Positions 16,712-25,995 of a stretch of DNA of 34,460 nt are shown here, piece after piece (the stretch's first letter is position 1; the number at the start of each line of letters is the position of its first letter). This stretch comes from a virus (lineage: Duplodnaviria; Caudoviricetes), in the IMG/VR virus record IMGVR_UViG_3300030059_002546, positions 1-34,460 of that record, one strand, 5' to 3'. Made by a program: the position numbers and the translations under genes. Below the pieces are notes generated by a model, which had not been told where the DNA came from, searched no databases, and saw nothing but the letters and a program-made list of their open reading frames with translations.

Positions 16712-17722
16712 TTAGTTAGTGATTAAAAACGCCATTGGGATATTTTTGCGTTCAATAACCCGATCCCAACGAGCAGCACCAGCCAATTCAGCCAAAGTAA
16801 AGCTGACGCTTGCAGGCGTACCAGTGTTTTGAAAGCCAAATGGATGCAATACCCAAGTATTACGGATCCATAAAGTTTCAATACCACCGCCTTCACCTTG
16901 AGCCGCTTCACGCTCAACTTCAACGGGAACATCGGGAGAGCCAACACCATAACCAAATGCACCAGCACCAAAGATAACGCTAGTGTATTTAAAGCCACTG
17001 GTTGTGCCTGCTGTAACGGTCATGCCGTCATCAACAACAACACGCAAGCCCATGTAGGTTGGGATGGTCAAATTACCCTGACTGTCTGGCATATAAACGA
17101 TGTCATCGTTTTTAACCATCTGCTCCATAACGGCAGAGTGAACAGCCATGGTGCTAAGTGCTGCTGATGCGTCACCCATTGTGTAAACCGCTTCTGTAAA
17201 TACGTCACGGTTAAAACGGGTATCTGCTGTTACTGAGCCAGTTGCTTCAGCGGCGACACTAACGACCATATCACCTGAATCATTTGCTACGTTGTCAGCC
17301 AGTACACCGTTAGCAGATGCAATCAAACGGCGCTGCCATTGACGCTGGAAATAGGTGTCAGTGCGCGAACGAATGTGATCCATTGCTTTTGGACCCATAG
17401 CAATTTCACTTGCCAGGTCTGACTTTGACCAGCCTTGGTTAACAAACGCTTTGCGGGCAATTTGTTCACCTTGAACCACTTTTTGTGGGGTAGCCACATC
17501 AGATGGATCGTCAGTTGAGTAATTAACCTCAACAGTGCCGTCCAAGTCTTTCCAGAATGGCAGCTCTGCTGTTTTACCTGGAGCTGATGCGATCTCATCC
17601 AGTAATGAATTACGAGTAACCACGCCACTTTGGAAAAAGACCGTTTTTTCAGGTCCATTTACCGCAGGCAGGTCGCGAAATACGGTGACATCAATAATGT
17701 CGGAGAGTTGTACAGTAGCCAT
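16712..17722 (-). CDS. Major capsid protein
   Basis: 336 aa after scaffold; LPFWKDLDG, MAVHSAV, IPTYMGLRVVVDD, WVLHPFGF, WDRV..RKNIP. Confidence 0.93.
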   Translation of the reverse strand: MATVQLSDIIDVTVFRDLPAVNGPEKTVFFQSGVVTRNSLLDEIASAPGKTAELPFWKDLDGTVEVNYSTDDPSDVATPQKVVQGEQIARKAFVNQGWSKSDLASEIAMGPKAMDHIRSRTDTYFQRQWQRRLIASANGVLADNVANDSGDMVVSVAAEATGSVTADTRFNRDVFTEAVYTMGDASAALSTMAVHSAVMEQMVKNDDIVYMPDSQGNLTIPTYMGLRVVVDDGMTVTAGTTSGFKYTSVIFGAGAFGYGVGSPDVPVEVEREAAQGEGGGIETLWIRNTWVLHPFGFQNTGTPASVSFTLAELAGAARWDRVIERKNIPMAFLITN

Positions 17723-17735
17723 TAGTTATTTCCTC

Positions 17736-18479
17736 TTAGCTGTTTGAATAATGTTGTGACTTCAAACGCTGATACTCTGCCGGATCTTCTTTTCGAAGTG
17801 CGGACAGCTCTGCGCCGGTCATTTCGTTGAATTTACGATTGACAGCACTGCCGCCGTTTTGTGAACCATTAGCGTTACCACTACCATGAGTAGTTTGTTC
17901 GCCTTTTATTAACCGTTTCAGCCTTGCCTGCTTTTTGAGTTCAGCAATGTAGCCGTTGCGGTCAACACTTAAGGCACTGCCTTTTGTGTCGTAATAAATT
18001 TCTTTCCCTGTATCGGGGTCAATCTTGATTTGTGAGCGGATTAAATCTGCAATTGCATATCCGGCATCTTCATCAACACCTAAAGCCAAGCCGATTTTGT
18101 CGGCAATGCTTGAAGCGTCTTTTTCTGCCTGTTCGCCTTTAATCTCTGAGCGCGCCGAATCATAAGCTTCTTGACGTACCCGCTTTTCAAGGTCTGCCAT
18201 TTGCTGTTGATAGCGCTCTTCAATGGCTTTTACATCACCCTTGCTGCGGGCTTCTTCCAGGGCATCAGCACGCGCTTTTTCTATCGCTGACGCTTGGGTT
18301 TTTTCAAACTCGGAAAGGCGTTGATTGGTTTCTTTTAACTTGCTATCCAGATTGTCTGCGGTTTGCTTTACCTTGAGCATTCCAGCGTGCTTCCACACAT
18401 CACCGACTTGCTCGTAATCAGCTTTCAGAAAATCCGGCACTTGTTCAAATTGTTCTTTTGTTAGTTCTGACATTGGCAC
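17736..18479 (-). CDS. Capsid scaffolding protein
   Basis: Coiled-coil, Gly-rich linker, C-terminal FNEMTGAEL...DPAEYQRL helix. Confidence 0.8.
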   Translation of the reverse strand: MPMSELTKEQFEQVPDFLKADYEQVGDVWKHAGMLKVKQTADNLDSKLKETNQRLSEFEKTQASAIEKARADALEEARSKGDVKAIEERYQQQMADLEKRVRQEAYDSARSEIKGEQAEKDASSIADKIGLALGVDEDAGYAIADLIRSQIKIDPDTGKEIYYDTKGSALSVDRNGYIAELKKQARLKRLIKGEQTTHGSGNANGSQNGGSAVNRKFNEMTGAELSALRKEDPAEYQRLKSQHYSNS

Positions 18480-18500
18480 TGCCTCTGCTTAGTTAAACGG

Positions 18501-19988
18501 TCACAGACCGTCGTTATTGCCGATTAACGGCCCTTGGTTTTCCATTTCTTGCATCATTGAGTCCACGTCCGAAATCAGCCATCCACCGTTTTCAAGTTGG
18601 CGGTGCAGTTCTGGTTGGCTTATATCGCCATTCATTTTCAATTCGATAAGCGTGCGAACTTCGTCAGTCGTTAAGCGTGGTGATGCAAAGTCGCGTGGTA
18701 GATCGAGTGTGATTTGATCTAGTGAGCTTTCAACGGCTTCTGGTTGCCATACACCCTCAAACATGGCGCAGTAGCTAATAGCCCGCTTCCAGGAGTTCTC
18801 GGAATTATCTGCAACGGTTTCAAGTAGTGCGTTTTGGTCTGCTGCTGCAATCTCAGCTTCGGTAGCCGTCATTGCGCCTGCTTTGTCGCTTGTGCCGCCA
18901 AGCATTCTTATGCGCTTATCGCTTTCGGTGAAATACCAATGGAAATCATCCATATTGGCTTCGGCTGATAGCACTCCCACTTCAACGCTGTTCGGGTAAT
19001 TATTGACGCCATAGCCACCTGTTACCTGGTAGTCACGTCCGTTAATTTCTTTGAATATGTCTTTATCAATCGTCTTCCAACCTTTGGTAAATTTGGTTGG
19101 AACTAAGCTGCGCTGAGTCTCTTTGTAAACAGCCGAAACACGATAGCGGTGCAATGTTGCATCGCAGATAGGATGCAAAAACCCCATGCCACGAGAAAAT
19201 ATGCCGTGACTCATTTCCTCATCAGCCACAATCGAAACGGGTAGCCACTTAAGAGGTGAGCCGTTAACCGTCACATAAGAGCGTTCGCCCTCTTGCTTTC
19301 CGTCAGTGCCATAAACTATTTTTTGCTGGTAATAATCCCCGTTTTCATCCAATGCCAGCACTAAAAATGATTCAACATTCTGGTGCATGAAGCTGTCTTG
19401 ATTAAACTCTGTGCCACGCTCTAACAGCATGATGAACCGTAACTGCATCGCACCGTTAATTCGGTCAAAGTGCCAGTTAACGACATTCTCGCGGGTATAT
19501 TGCTTAATACTTGACCGTGGGTTTTGAGCCTCTAAGTCAGCAATACTGATGGCGTTTAAATCAACATCAGATAAGCCCTGATAATCAGCAACCAGCACAT
19601 GCCATTTCATTGAAAGCACATTACTGGCTGCAAACTCAACTGCGCCTTTGAGTGACATTCCATCACCATCGACGTTTTGCTCTAAATAGCTAATGCGATC
19701 AGGCAATTCAACTGTTGTATTACCAATACGCATCTTGCCAAGCAGTGTCCGGCGCGTTTGCTCTGGATAGGGCTCAAACTCAGCACCGGCAATATATTCC
19801 TTGTAGCGAAGTTTCTGCTCATTAGATTCGGTATCAATCTGTGACGGATGAGGTAAGTAACGATAGCCTTTACGCTTAATCTCTGGGCTACCTTCCAGGC
19901 AATCACGCACCTTGGTTAGCTCATTAATACCCACGGTGTAATCAGGATGTACTTCCTCACTGATGGTTGCCGCTTCTGTTGTTGCCAT
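18501..19988 (-). CDS. Portal protein (DUF4055-like)
   Basis: 495 aa; HPDY, RYLPHP, RYKEYIAGA, NVDGDGMSL, YTRENVVNW. Confidence 0.9.
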   Translation of the reverse strand: MATTEAATISEEVHPDYTVGINELTKVRDCLEGSPEIKRKGYRYLPHPSQIDTESNEQKLRYKEYIAGAEFEPYPEQTRRTLLGKMRIGNTTVELPDRISYLEQNVDGDGMSLKGAVEFAASNVLSMKWHVLVADYQGLSDVDLNAISIADLEAQNPRSSIKQYTRENVVNWHFDRINGAMQLRFIMLLERGTEFNQDSFMHQNVESFLVLALDENGDYYQQKIVYGTDGKQEGERSYVTVNGSPLKWLPVSIVADEEMSHGIFSRGMGFLHPICDATLHRYRVSAVYKETQRSLVPTKFTKGWKTIDKDIFKEINGRDYQVTGGYGVNNYPNSVEVGVLSAEANMDDFHWYFTESDKRIRMLGGTSDKAGAMTATEAEIAAADQNALLETVADNSENSWKRAISYCAMFEGVWQPEAVESSLDQITLDLPRDFASPRLTTDEVRTLIELKMNGDISQPELHRQLENGGWLISDVDSMMQEMENQGPLIGNNDGL

Positions 19989-19991
19989 TAT

Positions 19992-21164
19992 CTAAAGCCC
20001 AAGCCGTTTGAATATTTCACTGTCTCTTGCCTTTAGTTCGTTAATCGTGAGTCTTCGTCCAGACATATCAATAAAGTCATTAAAATCGTATTCACCGCTA
20101 CGCAATAGCTTGGCTCTAGTTGGCCCAAGTGCGTCATCCTGAAACCAGGCAGGTTGCGATCTCATCCAACTGTCTTGTGATGTGGACGCTCTGACTTGCC
20201 CTGCTTTGAATATGTCGCTGTCCTTACGTCCTCGGTATTTCACCCTGGACGCTTTGGTTAAATTCTTGGGCGGGCTTTCTTCGTTAGCACGTCTGCGCTG
20301 TGCATCTCTGATGCGTTGTTCACGCACTTCAAAGGCTTCTTTAGCATCTGTGCCAGGTTGCCCGCCTATCGCCGCTCTAGTGCCTTCCAGCTTTTCTGCT
20401 GATGGCAGATATAGGTGTGAAGAACGGCAATTAAAATGTCTAGGCACTTCAACGATATTGGGTGAGCCTTTAGGCCAACGCTTACCGTTTAATGCCCTAC
20501 AACCTAATGTCGTGCGGTTATCGAATACGGCAGAGAACACCACATCCATTTCAACACTTGGGTTAGCCTCTGCCATTGCTGCTCTTGCTTGGTTAGCAAA
20601 GTGCTGGTAGCCGGTTCTGGTTAATGTTTCGGTTTCGCGTAATAAAATCCCGTTAACCGATTGACGGACATCCCGAATGATTTCACTTACGGGCAACTGC
20701 CTGCTGTAACCTCGACGAACAATGCCTAAAACCTGTCTCAACCGTGATTGCAAATTAGCGTCAACAAAATCAGTCCAAACGCCTGTATTAACTCGTTCAC
20801 CACTGGTTATGCTCATGGTGGCCGCATCAACAAATGTGCGCACCTGCTTAACCGATGGAACCGAAAGCGACTGCTCCGTGCTATTACTTATAAAGCCTGC
20901 TTGAAAGTCAGCTTCATACTCGGCCAGTGACCTCATTTCAGCCGTTAATTCAGGCCATCCCGATTCTGCAATGATGGCTTTGTTAATCTGCTCGACTAAT
21001 CGCTTAAGCTGTAAGGGTGTTCTGATATTGCCTTCTGCAATTAACTGTCTGACCCGGCTATATGTGCGACTTAATGCTGGCGTCATAATGGCATTAATGT
21101 TTTCTGATGCCAGTCTTGCTAAATACGTTTCGTGGCGTAGATATTCATCAATGTTGATTGGCAT
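19992..21164 (-). CDS. Minor head protein (SPP1 gp7/Mu F family)
   Basis: ETLTRT, SAVFDNRTTLGCRALNG, PRHFNCRS, WMRSQP..FQDDALG..RAKL. Confidence 0.9.
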   Translation of the reverse strand: MPINIDEYLRHETYLARLASENINAIMTPALSRTYSRVRQLIAEGNIRTPLQLKRLVEQINKAIIAESGWPELTAEMRSLAEYEADFQAGFISNSTEQSLSVPSVKQVRTFVDAATMSITSGERVNTGVWTDFVDANLQSRLRQVLGIVRRGYSRQLPVSEIIRDVRQSVNGILLRETETLTRTGYQHFANQARAAMAEANPSVEMDVVFSAVFDNRTTLGCRALNGKRWPKGSPNIVEVPRHFNCRSSHLYLPSAEKLEGTRAAIGGQPGTDAKEAFEVREQRIRDAQRRRANEESPPKNLTKASRVKYRGRKDSDIFKAGQVRASTSQDSWMRSQPAWFQDDALGPTRAKLLRSGEYDFNDFIDMSGRRLTINELKARDSEIFKRLGL

Positions 21165-21166
21165 AT

Positions 21167-22420
21167 CTACCCCGTTCGTGGTGCGGCTGATGGTCTTTGT
21201 AAAGGGAAGCGTTGGTGTATGAAATAGCCTGCCGCATCATTGTGATCGTCAATTGCCGGATGAACGTTGAATTTCTCCGGTTCGTTTTTATCGTTGTAGC
21301 CTTGGGTTTCCAGTGCATGTGTTAGCTCTGGACATTTATCGGTGTTTATTGCAATTCGGTTATGTGAAAACAAAGCGTTCATGGCATTAACACGGTCACG
21401 GACAAAAGGGTTTTTATCCGGCGCGTCAACGGCATAACCAGCGTTTTCAATAATCTCAATATCCGTTGCAGATGCGTTGGTGCTGTTATTGCCGCCGCTA
21501 CTATCTGGATAAACCGTTAAGTTGTGACCTCTATAACGTTCCAGGTTGTTTACAAAATCATGTGTGTCGTGACTAATGAACTCATCAACAGCAATTGGTT
21601 TGTTACCCTCAATCACCCAAACATTTGCACATGTGCCGCCTATGTTGAAATCAAGTCCGATGTGTAATCTGTCACCCTCTCTGATTTCTCTATCAGAGTG
21701 ATGTGTTTTCCGGTTGAAGAAGTGATAAACCTTGTTTTTAGTGAAGCTAACCCAGCCACCATAGATAAAGGCATCTGCCATTATCGGATCGTAGTTCTTA
21801 CGAATTTGCTCTACATATCCTTTAGGAAGGAACTTGTTGCTGTCCGTTCCTGCTTTTATGTAGTGATAGCCCTCACCGATATTCTCGCCGTAACCCCATT
21901 TCTCAAAACAGAATCCGCCGGTTCCTTGGTCTGTCGTGCTGGCAACCGCTAATGTATTGCCGCATGCATGAACTGTTTTTTCACGGACGCGCTCTGTAAT
22001 TTTTCGCCATGCATGTTCTGCATCGTCTTTTTTGAGTGTGTCTAATTCATCTACGCCACCATGAGCAATTTCATACGAAACAATCGCATCAGGGTCGTGA
22101 TAGGTGTCGAGGTAATAAATACCGTTATTTAATGCCGGTATGGTTATCGTTAAATCTGATTTGTTTAACGTGTACTCATAACCTAACTGCTTGAGGTAAG
22201 CCTGAACACCACTTAAACCTCTACGCTTTGCCAGTTTGTATGATGGAAAGTAATGCCCGACACTAATGCCAGGGTCTTGCTCCATCAATGTAACAAGTCG
22301 CTTTATTAACCCCTCAGATTTCCCTGAACCAAAACCACCGAACATGGCTGGATGTGGGTGCATTGAGTTAATCAGTAGCTCTTGAGGCCGTGTTATCTCT
22401 ATTCGGTCACTCAACGACAT
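21167..22420 (-). CDS. terL: Terminase large subunit
   Basis: Walker A GGFGSGKS, Walker B GGVDE, nuclease IGLDFN and DDHNDAAGY; likely start MSLSDRI. Confidence 0.95.
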   Translation of the reverse strand: MSLSDRIEITRPQELLINSMHPHPAMFGGFGSGKSEGLIKRLVTLMEQDPGISVGHYFPSYKLAKRRGLSGVQAYLKQLGYEYTLNKSDLTITIPALNNGIYYLDTYHDPDAIVSYEIAHGGVDELDTLKKDDAEHAWRKITERVREKTVHACGNTLAVASTTDQGTGGFCFEKWGYGENIGEGYHYIKAGTDSNKFLPKGYVEQIRKNYDPIMADAFIYGGWVSFTKNKVYHFFNRKTHHSDREIREGDRLHIGLDFNIGGTCANVWVIEGNKPIAVDEFISHDTHDFVNNLERYRGHNLTVYPDSSGGNNSTNASATDIEIIENAGYAVDAPDKNPFVRDRVNAMNALFSHNRIAINTDKCPELTHALETQGYNDKNEPEKFNVHPAIDDHNDAAGYFIHQRFPLQRPSAAPRTG

Positions 22421-22874
22421 GGAAAACTCGCGTGATCGTTTTCTCGCCGTTGTTTTGCGTGTTCTGTTGCACTTGCGTTGGTTTGGCGTGACGGTCATTT
22501 AACTTAGTCATGACGCTAAGCCTGTCGACACCTTCAACCACTGCTTTAAAGTCTGAACCTGAGTCAGATACAGTTAATAATTCTTTTGCCTTTCCTATTG
22601 CTTGTGAGGTAAATCCTTCAATGTCTCTGAGCAACTGGATTTTAAACTGAACAGAGTGTTCAACTGCGTTCAGTTCTTCGGGCGTTAATTCTGCACTCTC
22701 TTGAATTACTTCAACTTTTTTCTGAACAAGGCGTTCAGTTTTCTTTTCAACGCCTTTGGTTGCAGTGTTAACGGTTCCTAATGAAATTCTGTATTTTTTG
22801 GCTAACTCTCTCTGGCTATATGAACCTGTATGAAAGTCAGCTAACAAGGCCGCCTTATCATACTTGCTTGCCAT
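22407..22874 (-). CDS. terS: Terminase small subunit
   Basis: N-terminal HTH SQRELAKKYRISLGTV; directly upstream of terL. Confidence 0.75.
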   Translation of the reverse strand: MASKYDKAALLADFHTGSYSQRELAKKYRISLGTVNTATKGVEKKTERLVQKKVEVIQESAELTPEELNAVEHSVQFKIQLLRDIEGFTSQAIGKAKELLTVSDSGSDFKAVVEGVDRLSVMTKLNDRHAKPTQVQQNTQNNGEKTITRVFHVVE

Positions 22875-22921
22875 CTGTATAGCCCCTCACTGAGTTTGGT
22901 CACTGACCTTTTTAGGCTGGT

Positions 22922-23233
22922 TTATAAATTAAATTCTTGCTCTGTTTTCCGGGGCTTTTTATGCCCCGCCTTACAGGTATCAAACATCAGATCGAATACT
23001 TGGTCTGGGTTAAGCTCTGCTGGTATTTTGTGGTAGACCAGATAGGCTATTCCCAGGAGGTTGTGATAACCCTCATCATCTTTGTATATTTTCTGAGTTG
23101 TGGCTTTGAAGGCTTCCCAGTCATCGCCGCTTTGTCGAACTTCCTGTACTCGGCTTGCGACACCCGCCTGATAAATGCATTGATCTTGAATTTGCTGCTG
23201 GCTTAATGCCACCGCGAAAAGTAATTCGATCAT
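22922..23233 (-). CDS. Hypothetical protein with short hydrophobic N-terminus
   Basis: AGGAGG RBS; two Cys; between holin and terS. Confidence 0.7.
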   Translation of the reverse strand: MIELLFAVALSQQQIQDQCIYQAGVASRVQEVRQSGDDWEAFKATTQKIYKDDEGYHNLLGIAYLVYHKIPAELNPDQVFDLMFDTCKAGHKKPRKTEQEFNL

Positions 23234-23258
23234 GCTGCCCTCCTTTGAGGGTTATGTA

Positions 23259-23555
23259 TTAGAGCCTGTCGTCTATTTCATTCGGATATGGATGGTTGTT
23301 TGCTTTGTTACGAGCCATTTCTGCTTCAATACGCATCTGTTCAAGCTTTAATGTTTTGCTTTTGAAGTACCACGTCATAAGTGACTGCGTTAAGAAGCCT
23401 GCTGCAGCAAAGAAGATACCCGCCAGGATAGCTACGACTGTCCACTCTTCCGGACTAAGCCAGCCCAAGAACAGTAACCCGGCACTTGCCCCGTAGTTTG
23501 TCTTTGCGCCTACGGTGGCGGCTGTCTCAGCCAAGTGATGGGTTATGCCAGTCAT
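23259..23555 (-). CDS. Holin (phage 21 S-like pinholin)
   Basis: Two hydrophobic segments, LSPEEW and WYFK followed by charged tail; first late gene. Confidence 0.7.
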   Translation of the reverse strand: MTGITHHLAETAATVGAKTNYGASAGLLFLGWLSPEEWTVVAILAGIFFAAAGFLTQSLMTWYFKSKTLKLEQMRIEAEMARNKANNHPYPNEIDDRL

Positions 23556-23588
23556 TAGTTAATCCTGAATCTCCGAACGTTGGGCAAT

Positions 23589-23621
23589 AAAAAACCCCGA
23601 CACATTTCTGTATTGGGGTTT
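23589..23621 (-). terminator. tR'-like terminator at end of late leader
   Basis: AAACCCCAATACA-GAAA-TGTGTCGGGGTTTTTT. Confidence 0.8.
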
Positions 23622-23977
23622 GGTTTGTATCTATTTGTGGGTAATTGAGTGAGTAAAAGGCTTCCCACGCCTACCAAGCCACTTATATACAGTCAAACGC
23701 ACGGGCTAGTCTCATTAGCGCCTTTTAAGGGTTACTGGTAGGTTAGCGCTTTATATTTTTGCAGGGAGCAAGCGCCGGTTGGTAACTCTCCTGCAATACT
23801 GCTTACATTACAGTACCAACTGTCTCGCCAAAGAAACGACTGGATTAACCTGTCTTCTCAATTGGTACTGTGATGTAATCTTTTTTCCGGTTACTTAACC
23901 GAAGTATGGCTTATTAAACCATGTTTATTCCTGCCTATAGTGCCTTTTTCTGTGCTGTTTTTGGGGTTTTATTGGGG

Positions 23978-24586
23978 TTAGTTAAGTAAATAGTAAACTC
24001 GGTGACGTAAAGTGCTTAATTTACGGTAATACTCCGACCTGCTTATATCGTGAACCTGCTCTATGTACGCCAGCCATAGTTCATTTTTTGGCTTTTCAGT
24101 GATAACTGTTTCACCATCACCAAGAACCAGTCGATTTGGACGATGGCCTACACGGTTATGCTTAAAGCCACTATCTCTGAGTTTATTCATCCAGGCGCTT
24201 TGTCCAATATAGTGCAGCATGGTCAACTTCATTCTTGTTGGCTTCTGCTGTGGATTTCTGCCTCGCTCAGGTTTAAGCCAATGGCCTTTACGCCTCACTC
24301 CACTCTTCCACCAGTTACGCTCTATGTAATGCAGTTTCCCAACCTTGTGCATCATTTCCTCGTCTTTTGACAGCGATATCATATAACCCATTACAAGCTC
24401 TTCTTCACCGCTTATTGGTTCCTGGTATCCGCTATAACCAATCACCATCTTTTGCTCCGGGCTTATGTGGTTATATCCTAAATCGTCACCGTCATGTAAT
24501 ACGTTTCTAGCCCATTCTTCTAGCGCTCTGTCTGCTACCGCCGTAATTGTTCGCTCTGAGATCCGATTTGTAGTTTTCGATGGCAT
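23978..24586 (-). CDS. Putative late antiterminator (Q-like)
   Basis: LEEWAR N-terminal motif, LHY, C-terminal HTH-like ISRSEYYRKL; last early gene before long leader and terminator. Confidence 0.6.
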   Translation of the reverse strand: MPSKTTNRISERTITAVADRALEEWARNVLHDGDDLGYNHISPEQKMVIGYSGYQEPISGEEELVMGYMISLSKDEEMMHKVGKLHYIERNWWKSGVRRKGHWLKPERGRNPQQKPTRMKLTMLHYIGQSAWMNKLRDSGFKHNRVGHRPNRLVLGDGETVITEKPKNELWLAYIEQVHDISRSEYYRKLSTLRHRVYYLLN

Positions 24587-24818
24587 ATTCAATATCCTTT
24601 AGCAGTAACAGGTAAGGCGGTAGCGTTTTTGATGTAACTCGCTTTATGTGCAGTTCTTTAATGTGGGATGATTCTGGTGTGTCTCGCACAATCCGAATAC
24701 CTTCACCTTGGAAGTAAAGTTGATGAGCGCCATGCCTCTTAACCTTACTCTCTAAGGTCTGATAATCCCGTGGCGTGAATAGGTCCATCACTTTTATATC
24801 AATCAATACCTCAGCCAT
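24507..24818 (-). CDS. Hypothetical protein
   Basis: AAGGGG RBS before MAEVL; overlaps the Q-like gene start. Confidence 0.55.
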   Translation of the reverse strand: MAEVLIDIKVMDLFTPRDYQTLESKVKRHGAHQLYFQGEGIRIVRDTPESSHIKELHIKRVTSKTLPPYLLLLKDIEYAIENYKSDLRANNYGGSRQSARRMG

Positions 24819-25023
24819 TTGACACCCCTTTATGGATATCCATCTTCTCCTGATGCAGCTGCATTTCCTCACCAACCGATCCAGCTTCTTCGTAATGCCT
24901 ATCTGTTTTAGTGCTGTTGCTGGTTAAGATGCAGATGGGCTTGCCGAATATGCGATCCCATTCTGATTGCACCACTTCGTCATCGGCTTGCTGTGGTCTT
25001 CTGGTTGAGCCTTTGCCTGTCAT
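24811..25023 (-). CDS. Hypothetical phage protein
   Basis: GKGSTRRP...EWDRIFGK motif; coupled to neighbours. Confidence 0.65.
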   Translation of the reverse strand: MTGKGSTRRPQQADDEVVQSEWDRIFGKPICILTSNSTKTDRHYEEAGSVGEEMQLHQEKMDIHKGVSNG

Positions 25024-25184
25024 CGTGAAAGCTCCTGTCTCAATCTGCGTCTACGGCCTTTTTGTGATAACCGGTTAAATGTTGGAGGTTTTGAGTATTT
25101 GTTATGGACTGGCATACGCTTCATCCAAGACAAATCCATTTCGGCCAGTGATAACCCGATTTGTAATGCGTAGATATTTTTCAT
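25020..25184 (-). CDS. 54-aa basic hypothetical protein, not in ORF track
   Basis: MKNIYALQIG...LSQKGRRRRLRQELSR*; ATGA overlaps at both ends, GGAGG RBS. Confidence 0.6.
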   Translation of the reverse strand: MKNIYALQIGLSLAEMDLSWMKRMPVHNKYSKPPTFNRLSQKGRRRRLRQELSR

Positions 25185-25369
25185 CTAAAATGCCTCCCTA
25201 AATGTTCTTCGTTAGAATCACAAAGCTCGCACAATTCAGTGCCTCCAGTGATTACCTGTCTGCTTGCTGGAATACGATTACCGCAGTCGACGCAATCAAG
25301 TGATGTTGGCTTTTTCCTGGCTGGTTGCTTCTCTTGGCGGTCACTGGTTTTGTCTGCATCATCAGCCAT
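25181..25369 (-). CDS. TraR/DksA C4 zinc-finger protein
   Basis: MADDAD N-terminus, CVDCGNRIPASR...LCELC. Confidence 0.88.
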   Translation of the reverse strand: MADDADKTSDRQEKQPARKKPTSLDCVDCGNRIPASRQVITGGTELCELCDSNEEHLGRHFR

Positions 25370-25378
25370 ATCGAAAAC

Positions 25379-25693
25379 TCAAAGAATCAAGCTTCTGATG
25401 CGCCCAATTCTTTCTCTAGCCGCAGTTATCTTCTGCGTAATATCGTCTTGGGCACTATCCATAAACTGGACCAAGGAGGGCGGTGGAGAGTCATCACGTT
25501 CGCCATCAAACTCACCGGTATGGGTAATATCCTCAAGCACCCGATCTAAATCTCTGATAATTAAATTAATATCTTCGATTGCCCTGTAAATACCAACATG
25601 CTTGTATTCCCTTTCTTTTTGAATGCTTGCACCAGCGCCTGAAACGGCTTTCGCGGCAAGATGTAAAGCTCCAGCGTCTAATTTTTTATCCAT
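25379..25693 (-). CDS. Hypothetical protein
   Basis: GGAG RBS, helical ORF in nin region. Confidence 0.65.
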   Translation of the reverse strand: MDKKLDAGALHLAAKAVSGAGASIQKEREYKHVGIYRAIEDINLIIRDLDRVLEDITHTGEFDGERDDSPPPSLVQFMDSAQDDITQKITAARERIGRIRSLIL

Positions 25694-25695
25694 TG

Positions 25696-25995
25696 CTATT
25701 CTCCAGTTGATTTAATTTCATCTAATATTTGCTCTAAGCTATGAACAATGGCGTAATGACCTTTCCACTCCGCCGCTAACTTGATTTGGCTGTCTTTGAT
25801 TGCACCGGCTTTGAAGCCGCCTGATTTTTTAACTGCTTTGTCAGGATTTTTTATCTCAAAAAGATATGTAACCCCGTTGTGTCCAACCAAAATATCGTCA
25901 TGCCCAGTCAGTACGCTGTAACCCATTTTCCTTAAGTCGCTGACTATGGATTTTTGATTATCATCAACTCTTGCAGCCCTTCTAAACTTACTCAT
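25696..25995 (-). CDS. PD-(D/E)XK nuclease (VRR-NUC/resolvase-like)
   Basis: RAARVDDNQ..IV..LR, DILVG, LFEIK, Q...W.G motifs. Confidence 0.8.
   Translation of the reverse strand: MSKFRRAARVDDNQKSIVSDLRKMGYSVLTGHDDILVGHNGVTYLFEIKNPDKAVKKSGGFKAGAIKDSQIKLAAEWKGHYAIVHSLEQILDEIKSTGE

Noticed and set aside
19992-20300. MuF polymorphic toxin extension
   Set aside because: C-terminus is the ordinary F-family tail and no immunity gene follows
8726-22498. Numerous plus-strand and alternate-frame ORFs within structural genes (e.g. 9978-10244, 13746-14054, 17323-17658, 20182-20610)
   Set aside because: Shadows of well-supported genes, with no recognisable motifs or evident RBS
23800-23880. Hammerhead ribozyme or tRNA in late leader
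   Set aside because: No CUGANGA/GAAA core or T-loop GTTCRA found on either strand
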